The notes beneath the pieces were generated by a model. The model made no database searches. It saw nothing but the letters and a program-made list of their open reading frames with translations, and was not told where the DNA came from. A stretch of DNA of 64,000 nt from NCBI GenBank assembly GCA_900088475.1, contig FLMG01000368.1, forward strand, positions 124,001 to 188,000, written 5' to 3'. Each line of letters starts with the position of its first letter. Position 1 is the stretch's first letter. Source of the DNA: Hyphochytrium catenoides (taxonomy: Eukaryota; Protista; Hyphochytriomycota). A program made the translations under genes and the position numbers. Shown here in pieces: positions 38,101 to 48,233 of this stretch.

Positions 38101-38801
38101 GACTCTGGGATGAACTACGAAAAGTTACCTGTAAAATAGACTGCAAGGTATTCCTGGCTGGCCCTGACGGATCAGCATTATATGCGATCTCGCCTGATAT
38201 TTGTCTAGAACCGCCTGACCGAGATGTATCCAAGATGAGGGCAAAAGACCCACCCAAGGCCTTTCCCTGGGCTACGCTAAGCCGTACCACCTGAACCGTC
38301 GACACTGGAGTTGCACTGCTTTTCACGCTTTGGACCGCAGGCACATAAACCGCGGATGTAGTCACGCTCTGCACCTCATTGGGCCCAAGATGAACTGAGG
38401 TCGAGATCACTTGAACTTCTTGTACTCCCGGATCCGTGTCCCACTCCACCTGTACAGTAATGGGAGCCGCAAGGCTTTGAGGGATGGGGATGGTAACGGT
38501 ATAAGTAGATTACGCACTTTGTATGCCTTGATAGGCGATCCTCCATCGTGGACAGGTGGATTGAACGTAACTCTGAGGCTGTTGTCATCAACGACACTGA
38601 GAGATGGCTGACTGGGAGCTGCTGGAACTGTTGAGGAAAGCGAGAATATGAGTATAAAATGCAGACGACTTCACTGTCAGCTGCATTGGACACCTTTGGC
38701 TTCCTACCTGTGAGTTGACCAGTTGCCTCTCCTACAAGGTACCCCAGGATGCAGGAAAGGACAGAGACGGCTGCCGCCGCTCTGCGGCTCTTTCCATTCA
38801 T
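3943..38801 (-). CDS. Giant (~10,000 aa) secreted multi-domain protein with FN3, filamin-Ig, PA14 and novel repeat modules ('titin-like'); about 59 exons
   Basis: Dozens of minus-strand ORF fragments join in frame across short introns, e.g. 38628-38707, 38450-38517, 38069-38128, 34336-34425, 24235-24310, 8287-8360 and 6001-6072. The protein starts MNGKSRRAAAAVSVLSCILGYLVGEATGQLT|VPAAPSQPSLSVVDDNSLRVTFNPPVHDGGSPIKAYK|VEWD and ends GLTPGREYYVRARAINNLGYGPLIMAH*. FN3 motifs (W..P..DGG..I..Y.VEW; GL..G..Y.VRV.A.N..G) recur throughout. Length is estimated as span minus about 58 introns of ~75 nt. Confidence 0.9.
8287..8360 (-). other. Non-canonical GC-AG intron in the giant gene
   Basis: On the minus strand it reads TTC AAG|GCAAGTGA...GCTGAGCAG|GTC CGA CAA. 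Removing these 74 nt joins YTYFK to VRQGQSF in frame. The donor matches the strong AG|GCAAGT consensus typical of GC donors. Confidence 0.65.
20225..20720 (-). other. PA14 domain 3
   Basis: GLEAEYYNN...RVDGAVDFFW...SAHWQGFV...YTFYLIYNDGVQLSFDG...IRLSWSS...IIPSRRL. Confidence 0.8.
24515..24998 (-). other. PA14 domain 2
   Basis: GGLTATFF...IDYNW...YSIRWIGHL...YTFYV...GVRLYINGQVVID...IRLLWSS...VIPSDNL. Confidence 0.8.
29265..29770 (-). other. PA14 domain 1
   Basis: GGLRAEYFDNPWFQ|GQPALERIDREIAFTW...SVRWQGKL...KVWVD..VIID...RLEWSS...IIPSSNL. Confidence 0.8.
32020..38627 (-). other. N-terminal block of 5 FN3 domains, three of them split by large inserts
   Basis: FN3 starts near 38627, 35890, 33750, 33350 and 32980. 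Their C-terminal halves read SGLSEGIAYFFRISAINLLG, SGLTPGKPLYVRTFAHN, EGLESNRVYRFK, LSPGSYYTFHVAASN and RLRQGALYAFKLVALN. Confidence 0.8.
38718..38801 (-). other. Predicted signal peptide of the giant protein
   Basis: Basic n-region (MNGKSRR), hydrophobic h-region (AAAAVSVLSCILGYLV) and a small-residue cleavage site (A-T-G|Q) immediately before the first FN3 domain. Confidence 0.65.
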
Positions 38802-40163
38802 CGCTCTTGCAACTCTGGAACCTCAGCGTCCGAGACTCTCTCTCATAATCACTCTCCACAGCTGATAGTTGAACCTCAATAAATTTAAGTTGTCTAAAGA
38901 GTATAGTAAGCCAAAGCTGATTGTAAGTCAGGGGCTAAGGCTGGTCAAAGTAGCCCGTGGAGTAATCCAGGCCGGATGCGCAGCGCGCAGGGCTGTGAGG
39001 CAGAAGCAAGACTTTGGTTGACTTACAGGAAGGACCCACACACCAAGCTGCCTTACTCCCTTCACCTCGGAAGGCCCAAGGTCAAGAGGATTAAGCGACA
39101 GAGGGGGTGGTGCTGAAATGGGCAAAATGATGGGACAGAGGTCTCATATTATACAGCCTCCACCTTCAACTGCTTGTTGCTGCTCTTGTTCAAGGTCACG
39201 GCGCTTAAAAGTGACGGTATGTCAAAGCAATTGAGGAAGGTGAACAAAAGAAAAGGATACAGAGTTTAGCAGCCACACGTGGCGGAGGCGGCCGCAGCTT
39301 TGTGGCAACAAAAAGCAGCAGGTGGCGCCAAGAGCCACTAAAGTCTTCATTCAAAGCTTGGGGATTCTGCTGTCTACAGAGTAGAAGGCTGTGACGGGCC
39401 GAAGAATGGAAGAAAGAAGGGCCGAAAGAAAGAAAGGAGCGCCAACGAGATCTCAAAGCCGACTTCAAGTACGAAAGGACTCCAACACGAAACGTCCTTG
39501 TTTGAATGTCAGGGGGGACAAGCTATTGTACGACTGTACAGAACGTACAGTAGATCCTGCAGCGTGATAACTTGCTATGGATCTACCGATGATCTGCTTC
39601 CTTCTGATATCTGGATCTGGAGCAGTGGACTTATGCTAATTCGCCAATTATTGCAAGTAAAGGTATGGTACATATTTATATCTTTATAGTACTTAAGAAC
39701 GGCGTCCTATTTGTACTCTTGTTTCCCTCAGGAACGGTGTGGAGGTGTACTTATTCAAGTGTAAGTTACTCTTACTGTGACATTTGCTACGATCCTCTGT
39801 CTTTCTACAGGTAAAACTAGAACTATCAATGTCGCTCAACAGACAGACCGCCCACGTTAGAAGAGCCACAGCTCCTACATGAAGATCCGAAGTGCATGAG
39901 CTTGAGCGGATAACTCATTCGACGTTGAGCTCCTGAACAACTAACTCACCACAGGCACTTTGGCTCCACCTGACCTACCCTGCTACTTTGAAGTGCTAGT
40001 GTGCAGACAAGACGCAGGTATTGACCTACTGCCCGTAACTGGCAGATTAGAGCAAGTATAGGTGCCACCGCTAGAGGCTGGCTGTAATAGGGACTTCAAG
40101 TCTCTCAAGAAACCCTTTCCACTTAGAGCTGGACGTGCCTGCCAGTGTTCTTGTGAAGGAAAG

Positions 40164-42875
40164 ATGATGATGCGTAAGCTTGCTGAGAGTGTTGAGAAGC
40201 TTAACATGGACAAGCTGAAAAACGTGGTCGATGACGCGTAAGTGCCATGTGCTTCTGCATGCTCTTCTGCTTCTTAACTGTGCGACGCAGGAGGCGGGAA
40301 GTACAGGCTAGAATGGGAACAGAGACGGATCGGAAGTTGGACGAGGCTCTGTCGAACAGAAACTGGGGTCTCTCCAGCACACAGCTTAACGAGTTGGCGC
40401 AGATGTCATTTAACTAGTAAGTTACCAAAGCTCCATCCGTGCGCTCCCAGTGTATCTTGACTAACCTTGAAAGCTGCATCTTTGGGGTTTTCCAGCTCTG
40501 ATTACATGGTGCTGATGAAGAAGGTTTGGGAGTCTTTGGAACTATCTTCAAGGCAATGGCGTGTCATCTATAAGGCTTTGACGATTCTAGAGCATTTGGT
40601 CAAAAACGGAAACGAAAAAGTCATTGAGGACATTCGTGACAGGATATATAAGATACGGTCGCTGCAGGATTTTAGCTACAATGAAGATGGTGTGGAGAAG
40701 GGCTCTGGAGGTAAGAGTTACCGAGGTCTGTCAACCAATAGTCCCTGACGCCTGCTGTCGGACACCGTCATCGGTTGCGCAGTTAGAGAGAAGGCAAAGC
40801 AACTTGCGGCTCTCCTGAACGACAACGATCGCATTAGAGATGAAAGGGCAAAGGCGAGAGAACTAAGAGAGAAATTCGTTGGCATCGGAAGCGGCGGGGG
40901 TTCCTTCGGGAGCTACAGTGGAGGGAGTGGGTACGGTGGCAGTGGCTTTGGAAGCAGTTCCTCCTTTGAAAGGTCCAATTCCTCACGCTATGACGACTCT
41001 GGCCATGGAGGAGGTTACAATCGGAATAAAAGCAGCGACAGCCGGTACGGTGATGACTATGATGATGATAGGAAGCTAAGGTACAGCCAACTGCGGTCGG
41101 TCTGAAAGGCTCGGAAGCTTATAGGACTCTCTTTTTGCGCGCTAGATCGAAAGTCTACGATGAGGACGAAGATGAAGAGTATAGTGGGGCAGAAGAGGTG
41201 GCGCCAAGGTCAAGCAAAAAGAGAAGCCAGAAAAAGAGCAAGAGCAAGAAGAAGCTAGTCAGTGAGGTACGTGGACCCTCCGTCTCATCGGGGGGAGTAC
41301 GTAGGACCCAAGTACTCTATACAATGATCTCATTCCGGGTTAGGACGAGGAAGAGGAGAGTGAGGAGGAGAGACTTCAAGAAAAGCCTACGAAAGTAGAA
41401 GAGCCATCCCTCCTGGACGCGGACGCATTCTTTGGGGACGCACTGCCTTCGACTTCACAAGGTTTTTCAACAGTACTCCTCTAATACATGGTCTTGGTTC
41501 TGACTTCTGTTGTCCAGCGCCCTCTTTTGATGCCTTTGGCATCTCATCCTCTTCCGCAGCGTTCAATAACGATAATAGCTTCACTGATTTCTTCGGCGCC
41601 CCCACCACCAGTGCAACGTTTTCACAATCCGGCGCTCATGACGCATCAAATGCGTTTCTGTCACCTCCACCGACGACAGCCGCGCCAGCATCTGGAGTTA
41701 ATCTGAATACCGGGAACGTTCTAGGGCAGGTGATGGGATTTCACAGCCATCAATTGCCTCAGGGGCAAGGGACAATGGGTACTCCTGGAGGCGTCCCAGG
41801 CACTGCTACTGCAAGCAAGCAATCCTTTATTGCTCAGCAACAATTTCCTTCAACAGGGAACGTAGCAAACCTCAATGTAACTTCATCGTCAGCGCAGTAT
41901 TTTCAACCGTCTCTCATGGGTAGTCAACCTCAATACCATTCAGGTGAATCTGGATCGAATCTGGCTGGCCCATTTCTGAGTCCGCACAACCCTAATGTCA
42001 ATAGTACAGCCGGACTGAGTTCAAATAGCATGCTGGGGCTGACGCCACTTGCCCCCTTACCCGTAACAATACCCTCAAGCGCACCAAAAGAAGCCTGGCC
42101 CCCAGGAGCTTCTGTTGGAGCTCCAAATCAGAATGCGCAACAGAGCCAAGTGGGTGGCTCTGGAGGCTCGTACCCTTCTTCTGCGCCCAAGGACGCCTGG
42201 AGCGCAGGTGCAGGACTGGTTGATCTCAGCACGCTTTCAACGCAAGCGAAAACCGGGACAACTCAGCCTCCCGCAAGACCAATGCAGACAAATAGTTTTC
42301 AGGGTTTGGACGGGTTGGGCACGACATCTAACGCTTTTGGATCAACAGGCTCAAGGACGTTGTCAATGCCATCAACTGCCAACACCAACCCCTCTAACAC
42401 CGGTGCGACTGGACTCACCAGGCCAGGAGCTTATGGCCCCAATCAGTTCACCGCAATGGGTAATGCCCCGTCAAATCTTGGCTCTACTGGTAGCCTTGGT
42501 GGACGGAATATTGCGGTGATGCAGCCAATGGGTGCTGGTACCGGGTTTGGAACGGCGACTGCGTTTCAACCAACGTTCCCTACATCTTCAACCTCAGCTA
42601 CTGCCCCGGCCCCAGCTCCAGGTGGCATGGGAGGGTTTTCTAACCTTACAAGTGGGTCAGCCTTAATGACAGGCAATGTAGCTTTCCCTTCCTCAACTGG
42701 ACCACCCATGGGAAACACAGGTTTCTCAGCTTTTCCTGGTCCTATGAATTCTGGCACAATGCCTGCCAACTTTGGAAGCCAAGGAAGTAGTACTCAGAGC
42801 CGCCCCTTCGCTTCCCAGCAGCCTTTTGGTCAGCAACAGCCACCGCCTCCTCAAGGCGGCTGGCCAGCCTTCTAG
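40164..42875 (+). CDS. ENTH-domain clathrin adaptor (epsin/EpsinR-like), multi-exon
   Basis: Spliced translation MMMRKLAE...EALSNRNWGLSSTQLNELAQMSFNY|SDYMVLMKKVWESL...WRVIYKALTILEHLVKNG...VREKAKQLAALLND.DRIRDERAKA is a canonical ENTH domain. The disordered tail carries LLDAD, FDAF, FTDFFG and GLVDL motifs. Confidence 0.92.
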
Positions 42876-43019
42876 TGACATGACATAGCATATCTATATA
42901 CAGTCATGGCATAGTTTGTCGCAAAGAACAAATTCAGAATGGCGGAGATCGAATGAGAGCTACTCCTTCATTAGCGCAAAATGCAATAGGAGAAACTGAG
43001 GAGAATTGCTCGCTGACAG

Positions 43020-43619
43020 AGAGATCTACTAAATGACTTTTTATTATATGTTGTCCCCTGTGGGGCGTAATGATTCTCCAGTCGCGCGTGCCATTGTGCT
43101 TGCTGCAAGACAAGTAAGCGGACCTTTCGTACGATGCTATTTTCCTGAGGGTTGTTAACATCTCAAGGATACTGAGTTAAGCAGTCTTCCTCATGTGATG
43201 GGGTGTGCTAACTATCTAGCTAGCTAACAGCACGAAGAATTGTCTTACTTCATTGTTTGTGTCACAGATGACAATTCTTTTAACAGCTACCTTCCTAGGA
43301 CCATTCGGCCTTTTCCTGATACCTGTTTTCGTAGCTGTTCAGTGCATCCATGGAGTAGGCAGTCACCTACTGCGCTTGGTGGGGGTCTGCCGAAAGGAAT
43401 GCGAAGGCGCAGGAGTCGGACTGCAACCGTACTGGGAAGTGGAAAGGTTGTAAGTGAGATGCTGCTGCTCGTCTTGGGCCGTGTATCTTGAATCGAGGTT
43501 ACTCGAACGGTAATCGAAAGTGGAAAGCATGGACTTAGGTCTGTGTGGTCTTGACGCTATTTGGCGTCCTGAGCACATGTCTCCACTGGAGGCATATCAT
43601 TGTCTGGACAGACGAGTGA
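43020..43619 (+). CDS. Possible small multi-exon membrane protein
   Basis: Short exon-like segments are flanked by AG/GT sites and encode hydrophobic stretches (MTILLTATFLGPFGLFLIPVFVAVQC; VCVVLTLFGVLSTCLHW). No start codon or consistent exon chain was established. Confidence 0.2.
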
Positions 43620-44190
43620 TCACAACCAAAGTAGTGCCTCTTCCTTCTCAAAAGTTATGTCTTCTACATTCTATGCTTTCAAGGCTCTGCTCTACCACAC
43701 CAGAGACGACAACAACCCCCAGAAAATCAACTGTTGGCGTCTTCCCTGGCAAAATAACCTCAGTTCTTCCACCTAGGAGCTAATCATGATAGCGAACTTC
43801 TCCTTGCCCTATGCATCTAACACAGTTGCGGAATACGCATTAGCGATCTCCGATGTCAGTAAGAGATTGACATATGTGTTATTTCCTGAACATTATCATG
43901 TGTACCGACAATGATGACTTGAAAAGGTACTTGCCATCGTTGGCCCAGCAAATACTAGGAAAAAGCAAACCCATGGACACTTTATAAGTCCTTTTATAGA
44001 TAACGGCAGCGTTGCTCCGTGAGAGGTATCGAGTGAGAAAAATCTCCATGTATCACAATCTCTGGAGTACACGACGACTCAGCTGAGAGTGGCCAATAGT
44101 GCACCATGAGGCAGGTATCCGAGCATCTCCACATAGCAAAAGCTACCTGCATGTGTTACAGTCGCCATTGTAGACCTTACTTTGGAAACT

Positions 44191-45949
44191 TCATTTCTCT
44201 ACAGGCGCTACGCTTTCTGGTAGTGCTCCCCATTCCGACCAGGAGCCATCGTAAAGAGAAGTCCTGCTATTCCATCAACTCAGACTTCAGCACTTGCTAG
44301 GTAGAGATTCATGAAAGGGCATTGTGGACGTACGTTGACCATTCTCTTCCCATCAGATGAAGCGCAAACGTGAGTACTGCAGCTGTCACACCGGAGCCGC
44401 AGCTAACAATAGATTGCATCAGCAACTCGCACTCTCATGAACTACAACCAATCATCGGACCTTGTGATAATTTTCTGGCTCTTGTCTGGTTCTATTCCTG
44501 TACAAGATTATCACAGGAACTCTATCAACGATATTGGTAAAGTCAACTCTAGTGATGAATGACTACTGACCCGCAGCCTTGAAAGCCTCGAGGAGTTCAT
44601 CCTTGGAGCGAAAGCTCTGAGCATAAGTGTGTTAATGGTCATATTCGAAAAAGCGTTTCCTCGTGCTCATTACCGTCATGTCCTTGGAGTCAAGCAGTCT
44701 CCCGAAAGGCAAATTGATGGCATTCGGCATGTGGCCACCCCTCAAGCCAGCTCGTGGCTCCTGTAAAGGAATTAGGCTCTATGACGAGGTTACCGCAACC
44801 AGCTCGCTTACCGGTTCTGTGCCCATAAACCGACCTGGTGAGCGCGCGTCGAGTATTCTCCCTCTTCCAGGATTTTTTGCCAGGTCAGCAATCTGCGGCC
44901 AACAATAGGAGGAGTATAAGCATGAGCGGCACAAATGGCTTTTGCATTTCGAGAGATATCTCCGCTCACGTCATTCATGTCGGCCACGGCGGCATGGTTA
45001 AGCTTGGCGTTATAGTGCGACGCGGTCCTTCCAGGGGGTTTCGGTGGGCCGGACTCCGTCGTGCCGCCTTCGGAGACCCAGGCCCTGATCCCTCCTTATG
45101 TACAGATCCGAAGTGGACTATGTTAATGAGTTTTCGCTTGCGGGTAGAACCCTAGCGCCTGTCTTACCGTTCAGTATCCGTACATCTTGATGACCAAATA
45201 CTTTGAACGTCCACCAGACTCGTGCAGCACTAGTCACAGGATCCAGGAGCAGTCACACTCAGTATACCACCTTTGAAACCCCGTGGAGGCAATAGACTAG
45301 CTTCGTAGTGATAAGCACCCATTTTAGTCTGTGTACCTAAAGGAGTCAGGCTGAGTATAAACGACGACGGGGTCCATATTGGAGATTCCATAGCTGTCCA
45401 TAGCATCGGCAAAAGTTTGCTCTGTAAGACCACGCGTCAAGAGATTAGTTAGGGGATTTGGAAGCACGGAAAGAGAGCTGAACCTGATGGCAGCATATGG
45501 GGTAGTGCGCTTTCCCTGTCCGATAGCTCCTCGATATCAAAGAAGACGGCACCGGGCAGCCTTTTCTAGTATCTCACGTGGTTAGGGCGAGATTCGCAGC
45601 TCTTTCATAAGTCATCGGCTAACCTGGAGATAAAGCTCGTGTGGCTTCTTCGACGGCTGATTCAGGTACCTATGCTCGGTGCGAACCAAGCATTTATATT
45701 GTATGGGTCAACCGCGGGACAAGTAATAGGCACTGACCATGTCGCATCCACAAATCTGAATACTCTGAGATCACGCTCCTGCAGTACTTCCGAGGCAGAG
45801 AGAAGGTCTCGAGATCCTGCTTTGCCTGTTGTTGCAGCCCTAGTTAAACCTGCCGCCATAGCAGCCTTTGCTGCCGTAGTACAAGTACCCTCTCTCAGAA
45901 GCCTTTGAGGGAAGCCGAACAGTGTTTTACCCCTTGAAAGAAGGGCCAT
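44191..45949 (-). CDS. MPST: 3-mercaptopyruvate/thiosulfate sulfurtransferase (tandem rhodanese) with probable mitochondrial targeting peptide
   Basis: Motifs FVDATW, LPGAVFFDI, LPHML, AARVWWTFK.FG, GHMPNAINLPF, the active-site loop SCGSGVTAAVL and the C-terminal LYDGSWSEWG signature. The N-terminus (MALLSRGKTLFGFPQRLL) is Arg/Ala-rich. Confidence 0.93.
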
Positions 45950-46323
45950 GCTGGAGTCCACTCCTCCCTTGAGATATGGGAGAGGCTGTGAGTGGTTGCT
46001 CCTCTCCTAATCAAGCCGAACTCAACGCAGATGGCACCTGTTGGGCGTATCTTCTCATACCATTACTCAGCACGCGAGCTTCCTGTTCTCCAGTTCTCCA
46101 AGGTTGCCGCGCCGAGCTCTACTTCTACTCTCCTGAAACCTGAAAGATACTCCTCAAAGCCTTAAAGGTCATCATCCCCGTTTTGTGAAGGGCAGACAGA
46201 CAGTGAGAAGAGCTGATGTTTCTGTACAGCACACAAGTTCCGCTACGTTCCTGGGGGACATCTGAGGAACATATTCTAGCTGTGTTGAAATCTGTCTCTC
46301 AAACGAAAGGCAGCAGTAGCAGT

Positions 46324-46351
46324 CTTGAGACTGCTTGAGACTGCTTGAGAC
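46324..46351. repeat. Short tandem repeat (CTTGAGACTG) x ~2.8
   Basis: cttgagactg cttgagactg cttgagac in the MPST/WW intergenic region. Confidence 0.7.
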
Positions 46352-46628
46352 CACAACGTCATCCTCCTCTTCAGCCTCGCTCGCTCACCCGCTGCTGGCC
46401 AAAGAGCAGAGAGATCACCGTTTCTAGCTGGAAGGTCAAAGCCTCTTTTCCGCTGGCGGCGAACAAGGTGCCTTGTAGGACTTTCAGGTCGCTGATGTCA
46501 CCCTAGGGAGCTGCCCTAGCAGCTAGAGGTCAAGGGGTTGGCACGATCTCGAGTTCTATGAAAGCGACCTTCTTTCCTTTGAGTCCAGCGGTCATTAGCC
46601 TAGTAGTATCAAGCTGGTCGAGCTCACA

Positions 46629-47639
46629 ATGAGCACCAAAGACCTATCAGCTGACAGGAAAAAGAAGGAGCTCGAGGCCCAGAAAGCCCGAGCCCTTGCA
46701 TGGCAATATCTCAAACAAAAGGACTGTGGGCCGTCAGTCCGTGAATTGCAGAGCATGAAGGCCAAAGTGCCTCAAAGACTTCTCGAAGCAGAACGAGAAA
46801 AAAAGAAGACAGGCGATAATACATTGGAAGTTCTCGCTCGGCGGAAGGCAGAGGAACGTCGAAAGCTACTAGCCAATCAAGCTGTAACTCAAACTGCAGC
46901 TTCTGCAGCGGACATTGATGCTGGGAAGTCTTCAAAGGGCTCAGACAGTGCTCAAACTTCCGGACAAAATGGCGGCTGGACTACGTCGGAACATAATGGA
47001 GGAGACAAGTCATCCAAGGTAAGCTTCAAAAGCGGTTCATTGCTCCGTTTTGTCCTAGTCTGAGCTCCTCTCGCCACCACCGCTGTTTCACGACAGGCTA
47101 TCTCCGCCAAGCTACCACTGTAAGTATAGTCTGTCAAAGGCCTTATCTATCCTCCAGCGATGCAATGTCTTGCTCTTCTAAACCTTTTCTTTCTACCTGC
47201 TGTCATACATGCTCAGGGGCTGGGAAGCTGTAGAAACAGAGGACGGTGATGTGTATTATTGGAACAAAGTGACAGATCAAACAAGTTGGAAGATGCCAGC
47301 TCCTCCACCTCCTGCGGGTATGGAATCTGCTCTCCACCAGAAGGTGATAACACTATTGACTCTAAGTATCTTCCCACTCTGCCAGTGCCATCCGAAGTCA
47401 CCAATTCTGCCCCAGAGGGTAAGTGTAAGGTCCCGGACTGCCTAATTGGTTATAGGGTGGAATAACCTACCTAAACAGGCACAGACGGCATACTTAAGGC
47501 AAATCCTGCAGGTGAAAGCCGACAGGCGGCGGGGCTGAAAGTGCAGTGGAGCTCAGGTACAAAAAAGCGAAAGCTCGGAGTTACTTCAGGTGGCGTCAAG
47601 ATTTTCAGTGATAGTTCTGAAAGACAGGAGAAAGGATGA
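46629..47639 (+). CDS. WW-domain protein with N-terminal charged/coiled region; 5 exons
   Basis: LP(L)GWEAVETEDGDVYYWNKVTDQTSWKMP is a canonical WW domain. Exons join via GT-AG introns and end ...ERQEKG*. Confidence 0.82.
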
Positions 47640-48233
47640 AAAGAGCCTGCCATACGTTTCACCGAACGGACCTCAAGGCTGAGAAGTGGCCTGAGCTTCT
47701 CTTGTGCTGAACTAGGGAGGAGACTTCATTGACTATCCTCTTGAGACGTATCGTCGTGATGCCGTCTCAGCTTCTTGCGACACCTTCCAGCTACCCTGTC
47801 TTCTATTACCCGCCTCACAGCAACCCATCTTCATGCGTTCCTTTGGGTCTTTGCTCTACCTAACAGGAATACTCTTATTTATGCTCAGCTGAGAAGATAT
47901 TATGGCCTTTCTACCTTCAGAAGCTTGTTTGAACTATTGGCTGCTCTTAGCCTTGTTTTAAAATAGAACCACAGAGCACTTATATGTATCAGTGATAACG
48001 GCTGGTGGACCTGCTGCTCTATCTGGGGTACAGAGATGTCATTCTCAAGCTAGGACGGTACCCTCTGTCTAAGCAAGTCTCAAACTACGATTGCTTGATC
48101 ACTAAGCAGCACCTTCTGCTCACAGCGCGTTCGTCGCACTTTCTTTGCATTTGCTTACTGTGGCCATAATAATAATGCAAGCAGTACCTGCCATTAGAGC
48201 CTTCAGGCGACAAAACAAGGTCTTGTAGTGGGG

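Noticed and set aside
3943-38801. Fragmented ORFs read as many separate genes, a pseudogene, or evidence of stop-codon reassignment
   Set aside because: The breaks examined coincide with short spliceosomal introns whose removal restores frame and domain continuity under the standard code.
3943-38801. Introner-type (recently transposed, mutually similar) introns
   Set aside because: By eye the introns share only splice and branch signals, with no shared internal sequence or terminal repeats.
38928-39689. Short ORFs in the giant gene/ENTH spacer
   Set aside because: No consistent exon chain or recognisable motif.
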